Origin: an uncultured Opitutales bacterium
GTDB lineage: Bacteria > Verrucomicrobiota > Verrucomicrobiia > Opitutales > Intestinicryptomonadaceae
Assembly: GCA_934613415.1 (NCBI GenBank)
Contig: CAKTSY010000001.1
Span: forward strand, 330,001 to 362,000
Direction of reading: 5' to 3'
DNA length: 32,000 nt
This document shows, piece by piece, positions 8,503 to 14,947 of this stretch. Made by a program: the position numbers and the translations under genes. The first letter of the stretch is position 1; each line of letters opens with the position of its first letter. A model generated the notes under the pieces. The model was not told the DNA's origin. It saw nothing but the letters and a program-made list of their open reading frames with translations, and searched no databases.

Positions 8503-9039
8503 TTATATAACTTTATTGTACTCACGATAAAAAGATGATACAAAATTATCATCTATAAAATCCGGCTTGGGAATCAGTAGCATTGGTTGCGATGTATCTT
8601 CTTTTTTCGCAGAATCACTATACGTTTTATATGAACCGTGCTCACATGTACCCCGACAGCTCCCTTCGCAATCCCCATAACAACCGTGTTCACAATCTCC
8701 TTTGCAACTTCCCTCACAAGAACTATAGCAACCATTCCGACAACTACCCCGACAACTCCCTTCGCAATCTCCTTTGCAAGTACCATTACAAGAGCTATAA
8801 CAACCATTAAGGCAATTACCTTTGCATGTTTGGTAGCAACTAGAATAGCATCCCATACTGCAACTGCCATGGCAACTACTGCTACAGTGCCCTCTACAAC
8901 TTCCAAAACATTCGCCGGAACAACTTCCATAGCAATATCTGTTCTCAAATGGTTTCACAATATAAGAGCGAGTTTCAAGATTCTCGTATTTCTCAATGTA
9001 AGAAATAAGCTTTAAATCATCTTCTGTTAAATCTATCAT
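8503..9039 (-). CDS. 178-aa cysteine-periodic protein (25 x CX3C), presumed substrate of the adjacent radical SAM/SPASM enzyme
   Basis: Longest ORF filling the whole gap between the rSAM and NYN genes. Its ATG (9039) lies 1 nt after the rSAM stop (9041-9043). Cys occurs at residues 36, 40, 44 ... 132 with no register break. Confidence 0.85.
   Translation of the reverse strand: MIDLTEDDLKLISYIEKYENLETRSYIVKPFENRYCYGSCSGECFGSCRGHCSSSCHGSCSMGCYSSCYQTCKGNCLNGCYSSCNGTCKGDCEGSCRGSCRNGCYSSCEGSCKGDCEHGCYGDCEGSCRGTCEHGSYKTYSDSAKKEDTSQPMLLIPKPDFIDDNFVSSFYREYNKVI
8644..8934 (-). repeat. Coding 12-nt (4-codon) periodic array: 25 Cys codons at exact i,i+4 spacing with a 16-residue super-repeat
   Basis: YGSC SGEC FGSC RGHC SSSC HGSC SMGC YSSC YQTC KGNC LNGC YSSC NGTC KGDC EGSC RGSC RNGC YSSC EGSC KGDC EHGC YGDC EGSC RGTC. 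DNA near-duplicate 8651-8676 vs 8747-8772 (24/26 identical, 96 nt apart). Confidence 0.95.
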
Positions 9040-9040
9040 A

Positions 9041-10150
9041 TTATTTTACTTGGTTAAAAATTTGCTTGTTTAATTTTTTTATATTTTTTACACCGCATAT
9101 TTCTTCTGCAGACAGCTGTTTTCCTTGCATAATTTTTCTCTTTACCAATTCAATATGTAAGTATGCAACTACTTCCATTTGTATTTTAAACAATCTACAA
9201 GAGCATTTGTCTCGTTTGGAAATGTCTCCTCTATCTTTAAAATTAAATCCGTAGCATGTCGGGCATATATCAACGTACGAACATGATAGACATTCTTCGG
9301 AAGTAAAACTCGCGTTTTTTAATTCCCTTTTAACTGATTCAGGCATTTTGCGCCCCAATACAACCGAAGTGAACATATGACATGGATACGATGCCCCATC
9401 TACATCGTAGGCAATCATGTTCTTTCCACTACCACAATACTTCCTGTGCTCATGCATACAATCAACGTAAATCAATTTATTATCAAATAAATTGCATATG
9501 CTTATATCGGGATTTTGTATATAAAAATTCGATATTTTAAGCAACTCGCTTCTGAAGCACAAATAATCCTCTTCACTCCAATATTGCCCAAAAGAACATG
9601 TTGCTATGAATTCATAGCCGTTTTTGTGCAAAGAAATTATGTCTTCCGACAAACTCTTTACCGAATATGGAGATATAGTTACCTTCAAAGGTTGAAATGG
9701 ATATAAATTGAAAAAATAATCTATATCAATGACATCGTTTTTTGTTCTATTAACTTCCTGTGAAAACTTGCCATCATAGCTAATACCAACGACAAATATA
9801 GATTTGTTCTCTTCTAAATATTCTTTTATTTCGTTGTTTATGAGAGTCGCGTTTGTGGTGGCAAAAAATATATACGGAACATTTGGATTTTTACCAACAA
9901 CGTAGCTTATAATCTTTTTTATTAAATCAAACGAGCAAAAAGGTTCTCCCCCCATAAAATCAAATTCAATTTCGTCAAAATCTTTAGAATTTTCTACAAA
10001 CTTGAATTCATCATCAATAATACGTTTTGCTGTATCAAAATCCATTTCGCGATTGGATTTGAATTTTTCATAACAATAGCAACAGTTAAGATTACACTTG
10101 TGAGTTATAACCAGTGTGCAAATGCGTCTTCTTGTGTTTCCTTTTTCCAT
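9041..10150 (-). CDS. Radical SAM enzyme with C-terminal SPASM (auxiliary 4Fe-4S) domain, anSME/QhpD-like architecture
   Basis: C19-x3-C23-x2-C26 (CNLNCCYC) and GGEP SAM motif. SPASM-type C239-x12-G-x4-C257, C287-x2-C-x5-C-x2-C299 and C316/C318. Confidence 0.92.
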   Translation of the reverse strand: MEKGNTRRRICTLVITHKCNLNCCYCYEKFKSNREMDFDTAKRIIDDEFKFVENSKDFDEIEFDFMGGEPFCSFDLIKKIISYVVGKNPNVPYIFFATTNATLINNEIKEYLEENKSIFVVGISYDGKFSQEVNRTKNDVIDIDYFFNLYPFQPLKVTISPYSVKSLSEDIISLHKNGYEFIATCSFGQYWSEEDYLCFRSELLKISNFYIQNPDISICNLFDNKLIYVDCMHEHRKYCGSGKNMIAYDVDGASYPCHMFTSVVLGRKMPESVKRELKNASFTSEECLSCSYVDICPTCYGFNFKDRGDISKRDKCSCRLFKIQMEVVAYLHIELVKRKIMQGKQLSAEEICGVKNIKKLNKQIFNQVK

Positions 10151-10424
10151 ATATGAGAACTATTCCTAAAAAATAAGCTACCTATAAAAGGCTAGCATTT
10201 GTTTATACAGATATAAACACCCATGAAATATAGAGGGAATCTATACCCCCCAGTATTTCATGATCTCAAAATTAAAACGCACTTATGAAAATATTCGGGT
10301 AAGGATTATCGTACAATAAGTACGCTCCAAAACCTAAATGCTTTCATCGGCAACACATATTACCGCTTTGTTTCATTAAAAAACAATAAAACGATAATAA
10401 CTCAAATTCGATACAGAACTCTAA

Positions 10425-10688
10425 CTAAAACTTTAACGTTTGAAAATCACTATAGCCATTATTTAGCCACTCACCTTCATAACATATTCTTAAAGAAGAC
10501 TTATGGTTAAAGTTGTATATCGCAGTACCTACAATGTTTTTTATACACTCCTCTTGTTTGTCTTTCCCTTCAGAGAATGTAGCATTTCTCCTTATTGCGC
10601 CACTCAAAAATCCCTGAAATTCTTTAATTCCTTCTTCTCTTTTTTCCTTTTTTGTTAATTCTTTCATTCGTAATTTGTATTTTTCCAT
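10425..10688 (-). CDS. Hypothetical 87-aa protein (no recognisable domain), first ORF downstream of the palindrome-bracketed segment
   Basis: AT-rich ORF on the same strand as the cassette with a lysine/glutamate-rich N-terminus. No motif recognised. Confidence 0.45.
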   Translation of the reverse strand: MEKYKLRMKELTKKEKREEGIKEFQGFLSGAIRRNATFSEGKDKQEECIKNIVGTAIYNFNHKSSLRICYEGEWLNNGYSDFQTLKF

Positions 10689-10722
10689 TTATAAGAACGG
10701 CTTATAAACTATGTCTGCGAGT

Positions 10723-10741
10723 ATGGTATTTAGAATACCAT
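10723..10741. repeat. 19-bp palindromic site, copy 1 (ATGGTATTTAGAATACCAT)
   Basis: 8-3-8 palindrome. Exact reverse complement of the copy at 10890-10908. Confidence 0.9.
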
Positions 10742-10838
10742 ATGCTGCAAAATTTATGCAATACCCTGATAATCAGACAAAAATATTTATTGGGATATTG
10801 ATTCTTTAAAAGACTATCCTTGAAATAGAAATCCTTGA

Positions 10839-10891
10839 ATTGTCAACAAACCAAACGGTACAAAAGTTTTTTGGATTTTGTTGTTGACAAT
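10839..10891. repeat. Nested 11-bp inverted repeat ATTGTCAACAA / TTGTTGACAAT with 31-nt spacer
   Basis: Arms at 10839-10849 and 10881-10891. The right arm abuts/overlaps 19-bp site copy 2. Contains a TTGACA hexamer (10884-10889). Confidence 0.8.
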
Positions 10892-10908
10892 GGTATTCTA
10901 AATACCAT
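10890..10908. repeat. 19-bp palindromic site, copy 2 (ATGGTATTCTAAATACCAT), inverted relative to copy 1
   Basis: Exact reverse complement of 10723-10741. Includes the recombinase ATG at 10907. Confidence 0.9.
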
Positions 10909-11905
10909 GAACAATGAATTGATATCGGCGAGAGCTCTTTTAAGGGGCAAAAACATTAGCGTGTTAGATGCAGCTAGGCTTATTTGCAATATTGCAGATT
11001 TTATGCCAAAAAAATCTAAACTTACTACCCTTCAGTTTTGCGCCAAAGTAATTGAAATTGGCAAAAATAACTTTAGGCAAAACAAAATGCCTATCGCCAA
11101 AGGCTTTGATATTTATTTGCAGACTAAGCAAGATTTGCGCAAAGCTTCGTTTAGCGACATTAAATATTTGGGCAATAAGTTGTTAAAACTTAAGCCAGAA
11201 TTTGCAAAACGCAATTTCTCGGAGTTTAGTGTATCGGAATGCGAAGAGTGGCTAAGCTGCACGTTTAGCACCCCAAGCCAATACAACAAAGGGCGCGCTA
11301 TGTTGCATGCCTTTTTTGAATTTGCTCTTCGCTACGAGTGGTGTGATAAAAATCCCATTAAACAAATTTTAAGAAAAAAGGTAATAGAAAAAGAAATTTT
11401 GCCGCTAAAGCTACGCGAAATTAAAAGAATTATAGCCAATGCTAAAAAGGAGAATAACGGCATATATTTGCCTGCCGTAGCCCTATTGGTCTTTGCGGGA
11501 ATACGCCCGCGCGAAGTTAGGCGTTTAACTTGGCAAGATATTGATTTGCAGGAAAACACAATAACGGTACGCTCGCTGTGTTCTAAAACAGGCGGGGTGC
11601 GCCAAGTAGAAATTATGCCGCAACTAAAGCGAATTTTGCTAAGCTATAACCCGCAACTCCAGCAAAAAATATGCCCTGTAAACTGGCAGCGGCGTTGGCA
11701 AAAAATACGCAACAATTCGGGCTTTAGCGGTTGCTGGGTTCAGGACGTTTTGCGCCATACTTTTGCCAGCTTTTTTGCCAAACGTTTTAAAGATTTGCCG
11801 CGGTTGCAGCTAAATATGGGCCATAGCAACCAAATGCTCCTGCGAAGCCGCTACATAAACATGCGCAACATCTCCCGCCTAGAAGCCGAAATGTTTTTCA
11901 ACTAA
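10907..11905 (+). CDS. Tyrosine recombinase / phage-integrase family protein
   Basis: AGIRPREVRRLTWQDIDL (Arg box), VLRHTFASFF (box II), MGHSN and a terminal RSRYINM tyrosine. ATG 10907 is chosen; the track's TTG at 10835 would add 24 aa and cannot be excluded. Confidence 0.85.
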   Translation: MNNELISARALLRGKNISVLDAARLICNIADFMPKKSKLTTLQFCAKVIEIGKNNFRQNKMPIAKGFDIYLQTKQDLRKASFSDIKYLGNKLLKLKPEFAKRNFSEFSVSECEEWLSCTFSTPSQYNKGRAMLHAFFEFALRYEWCDKNPIKQILRKKVIEKEILPLKLREIKRIIANAKKENNGIYLPAVALLVFAGIRPREVRRLTWQDIDLQENTITVRSLCSKTGGVRQVEIMPQLKRILLSYNPQLQQKICPVNWQRRWQKIRNNSGFSGCWVQDVLRHTFASFFAKRFKDLPRLQLNMGHSNQMLLRSRYINMRNISRLEAEMFFN

Positions 11906-11921
11906 AAACCGCCTTTGTTTT

Positions 11922-12740
11922 TTACTTAAAGTCTAGCGATTTTATTAGTTTAAAGTTTTCGCGAAGGCGGTAGGCGTGGTTGGAACATACGCGGTCTGCA
12001 CCCATTTTGGCAGCATATGCTAAGTCGTCTAGGTTTTCTACCTGCCAAAATCCCACTTTAAAGCCCTCGTCGTGCAGGCGTTTAACGTAGGCTGCGTCTA
12101 TTTTGCGATAGTTGCCTATGGCAATTTCGGAAGCCTCGGCATGCTTTGCGCGGCGAACCAAGTTGTTTATTGTGTCGGTTTTCGGATTATAGCTTATTAT
12201 AAGCTGCGTTTTATATTCGGGATATTTCTGTTTAAAATCCCTAATTACGGCGGGGTCGAAACACGTTATTAAAATGTTCCAATAATCAAGCCCTGCCTCT
12301 ATGCGTGCGGCTTCTACCTTGTCGGCAAAATCTTTGCCGTAGTGCTTTATTTCAAGCTCGAAACGCCTGTTTTTGGGTATTACCTCAAGCACGTCTTTTA
12401 ATGTTGGCAATTTGCAGTTTGCGTATTTTTTGTCGTATGCCGAAGGGTTTACCAAACGCGCATTTTTAATTTCTTCGTTGGTAAGCAATTCGGGGCTTTT
12501 GTCTATACCCCAAAATTGCTTAAGCTCTTTTTGGGTGTGCACGCAAACAAAGGTGCCCTCTTTTGTAAGCCAAAAGTCGGTTTCTATCATTTCGCTGCCC
12601 ATATCGTAGGCAAGTTTCATTGCCTCTACCGTATTTTGCGGGGCAAAATCGGTTTCGCCCCTGTGCGAATGTACGCGAATTTGCGCAAACGAAACTAACG
12701 TTGCAAACACTGCAAAAGCTGCAAAACAAAACTTTTTCAT
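11922..12740 (-). CDS. Glycerophosphodiester phosphodiesterase (GDPD family), secreted
   Basis: Signal peptide MKKFCFAAFAVFATLVSFAQ, then HRGETDFAPQNTVEAM...EMIETDFWLTKEGTFVCVH, the GDPD catalytic signature. Confidence 0.85.
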   Translation of the reverse strand: MKKFCFAAFAVFATLVSFAQIRVHSHRGETDFAPQNTVEAMKLAYDMGSEMIETDFWLTKEGTFVCVHTQKELKQFWGIDKSPELLTNEEIKNARLVNPSAYDKKYANCKLPTLKDVLEVIPKNRRFELEIKHYGKDFADKVEAARIEAGLDYWNILITCFDPAVIRDFKQKYPEYKTQLIISYNPKTDTINNLVRRAKHAEASEIAIGNYRKIDAAYVKRLHDEGFKVGFWQVENLDDLAYAAKMGADRVCSNHAYRLRENFKLIKSLDFK

Positions 12741-12820
12741 ATGGCCATAGTGTATCGTATTACCAAAAATTCTGTCAAAAACTTTTTAGGCAACAAAACT
12801 AAAAACATTGCGGCACTTTG

Positions 12821-14926
12821 CTACTTTTTAAGCAAAACGCCAAGCTCGAACAGGAATTTTTCGAAAGATGCCACGCCGTCTTTTATATTAAAGACACTCT
12901 GCGAAAGCTCGTTTATAACGCCTATGGTTTGAGCCGCCTCTTCGGTTTGCGAAATTGTGCTGCGCGATATTTCGCCAAAGCGCGCATCTTGCAAGGCAAT
13001 GCGCTCGGTTATAAGGTTTATTCTGTCTATAATAAGGTCTAGCGCGTATACGGATTTATCTATTAAAAGCAAAAACTCGCGCATATCTGCCGCCGACGCC
13101 GAAATTTTGCCGCTCATTTGCGACAGCAAAACTTCGGTAAAATCTGCCGTTTGCTGCGTTTTTTCGGAAAATCCCGTTGCGCTAAATTCGTCTTTAACGT
13201 TTAAGGCCCCTGCATATAGTTTGGCGTTTGAAGCCAGCATTTTTATGCCGCTGCCCGACTCCGACAAATATTTTAATTGGTAGTCGAGGTTGTCCAGAAT
13301 TTCCCTCGCCAACGCGAACCTAGACGCCAAACCTGCCCCCAAGTCTTTTAGGCGTGTCGCGCGTTCTTTAAAAAGCCTAAGGTTGTCGGCGTGTGCCCTT
13401 GCAAATTTAAGAGCCTCTTTCGAGCGCAAGTTAAACTCGCCGCTGCTGATTTTTAGGGTTTCCGACAATTCGTAGATATTGTCGGCATACTTTACCGATT
13501 TTGCAGTTTCCCTACACTGTTCTTGCGAAAGCGAATTTAAATGCGTTGTATTTTTAGACATTTCCGAATACGCCTTTTCGAGCAAAGCCGTGCCGTTTTG
13601 ATATGCGCTATCCAACGCCTGTGCCGATTTACCTATGTCGCGCAAAGACTGTATTATACCCGAAAACTCGGCTATAGACGATTTAAACAATTGCAAATCT
13701 TCGCCTTTTTTTGCCTTAAGCATACGGTTTATTTTGCCGACGTTACGCGCCAGATACGACGAAAACACGCAGGCAATTATAACGCCCAACACCAGCGCGC
13801 CGAAGAATACCGCGGCAATATACCACTTGTTTAGCGAAATAATTTCGGCAATTTCGGCGCGGCTTGGAACGATTTCGCCCCTAAAGCCCGTTATGCCCAA
13901 AATCCACCCCCACGGCTTAAAGCATACATAGCAAACTATCATTCTGGAGGGTTTTCCGTGGTAGTCGTGGTTATAGACCTTTGCCGATTCTTCGCCGGTG
14001 CCCAACATTATTGCATTTTTGGCAAATTCCTCCGAATTTTTTCGGCGTATTGAATTTGTGTCGTCTGAAATAAATGTGCCCAACAATTTCGGATTTTTTG
14101 CCAGTTTATATCTAAATTTTCCGCCGCCGGTGTCTTCTATAATCCAGCTATAGCCGCGGCTGCCGAATTTTTTTGCGGCAAAGGTTGCGCAAAGTTTGTT
14201 CATTACATCGTCTTTAATATAGCAGGCAATTGCCCCTATTGTTTTAGAGTTTGCCCCGCCAAAAGACGACACAATAGGCACATAGTAGGCATACACATAG
14301 CCGTTGTTATGGCGTATAAGCTCGCCTGCAACATCTTTTGAAATTAGCGAAGTAATAACGGCGTTTTCCTCGTCGCGCCCGCTAATTATCCTAAAAATTC
14401 CCTTTTCGGGCGAATAGTCGTCGGCCGGCACGCTTACGGCATTCATCATATCGCCGTCTTCGTTTGTGCGCACAAAAATTGCCATACCGCAGTTTTTCGA
14501 AACGCAATATTGGCGCAAAAGTTTCTTTATTTGCGCCGTATTCGAAATTTCGCTATTTCCGAATTTCAGCACGGGGCCGTTGTTGTCGGTGTAATATTTA
14601 TCGCCAAAAATATAGTCTTGCCCAGTCTCGGAATATATGCCCGCAAAGCCGTCGGCCATAAGGGCGTTTTTCAGGTTTTCGGCGCGCAAACTTGCCGCCT
14701 GCGAAATTTGCAAATGGCTAATTTCGCAAAGCTTTAGCATATTAGAAGTATCTTTAGAAAGCGCATTTACCGCATATTCTTCAACCTTGGCGTCTACGGC
14801 GTCTACAACAAAGCCCTCTAAATACGACACAAAAAGCAACACCGCCAGCACCGAAAAAAGCGATATGCCGAACGCGAAATACAAAAATGCCCTTTTTATG
14901 CCCATATAAAAATTAAAAAAGCCCAT
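12821..14926 (-). CDS. Membrane sensor: N-terminal TM, periplasmic Cache-like domain, second TM, long cytoplasmic coiled coil with only remnant MCP-like motifs
   Basis: TM1 FAFGISLFSVLAVLLFVSY. Cache-like end KPWGWILGITGFRGEI before TM2 WYIAAVFFGALVLGVIIACVF. C-terminal ~300 aa are heptad-like with IKMLASNAKLYAGAL and IALQDARFGE, weak echoes of the MCP tip. Confidence 0.5.
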   Translation of the reverse strand: MGFFNFYMGIKRAFLYFAFGISLFSVLAVLLFVSYLEGFVVDAVDAKVEEYAVNALSKDTSNMLKLCEISHLQISQAASLRAENLKNALMADGFAGIYSETGQDYIFGDKYYTDNNGPVLKFGNSEISNTAQIKKLLRQYCVSKNCGMAIFVRTNEDGDMMNAVSVPADDYSPEKGIFRIISGRDEENAVITSLISKDVAGELIRHNNGYVYAYYVPIVSSFGGANSKTIGAIACYIKDDVMNKLCATFAAKKFGSRGYSWIIEDTGGGKFRYKLAKNPKLLGTFISDDTNSIRRKNSEEFAKNAIMLGTGEESAKVYNHDYHGKPSRMIVCYVCFKPWGWILGITGFRGEIVPSRAEIAEIISLNKWYIAAVFFGALVLGVIIACVFSSYLARNVGKINRMLKAKKGEDLQLFKSSIAEFSGIIQSLRDIGKSAQALDSAYQNGTALLEKAYSEMSKNTTHLNSLSQEQCRETAKSVKYADNIYELSETLKISSGEFNLRSKEALKFARAHADNLRLFKERATRLKDLGAGLASRFALAREILDNLDYQLKYLSESGSGIKMLASNAKLYAGALNVKDEFSATGFSEKTQQTADFTEVLLSQMSGKISASAADMREFLLLIDKSVYALDLIIDRINLITERIALQDARFGEISRSTISQTEEAAQTIGVINELSQSVFNIKDGVASFEKFLFELGVLLKK

Positions 14927-14947
14927 TAAAAATAATGGGCAATTTTT

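Larger units (their letters stand above)
6719..12762. mobile_element. Putative integrase-associated genomic islet; boundaries tentative. Contents: AT-rich cassette, 87-aa ORF, tyrosine recombinase and possibly the GDPD (glycerophosphodiester phosphodiesterase) gene.
   Basis: Imperfect direct repeats ATGCCAAATGTATCGTATTA (6719-6738) and ATGGCCATAGTGTATCGTATTA (12741-12762) share the exact 12-mer TGTATCGTATTA. Spot G+C counts of 60-nt lines are 27-30% inside (7141, 9661) versus 48% in flanking genes (4561, 21601). A tyrosine recombinase lies inside. Confidence 0.35.

Noticed and set aside
8574-9015. Three further long ORFs across the Cys-repeat region (8574-8948 minus, V/A-rich; 8583-8810 and 8638-9015 plus, T/A/P-rich)
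   Set aside because: The 12-nt periodic, stop-poor repeat keeps several frames open. Only the CX3C frame (8503-9039) spans the whole inter-gene gap and is start/stop-coupled to both neighbours. The others are nested or antisense shadows.
9041-10150. Reading the rSAM/SPASM gene as an anaerobic sulfatase-maturating enzyme
   Set aside because: No sulfatase gene is nearby, and neither neighbouring protein contains a C/S-x-P-x-R motif. The repeat region has no Pro at all. Tight coupling to the Cys-periodic ORF points to that protein as the substrate.
10222-10376. ATGAAA/TTTCAT hexamers in the cassette spacer as relatives of the TetR operator half-site (AATGAA / TTCATT at 24535-24584)
   Set aside because: Spacing and flanks differ (9-bp arms with a 23-nt spacer versus 7-4-7). 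The hexamer is AT-rich in an AT-rich region, so the resemblance is most likely coincidental.
10835-10906. TTG-initiated 24-aa N-terminal extension of the recombinase (track ORF 10835-11905)
   Set aside because: The extension would run through the nested inverted repeat and the 19-bp site. The ATG at 10907 gives a normal-length recombinase. Not fully excluded.
12741-12932. 63-aa plus-strand ORF starting at the ATG inside the right direct repeat
   Set aside because: Most of it is antisense to the 3' end of the sensor gene (from 12821) and it has no motif. Its ATG is just part of the repeat sequence.
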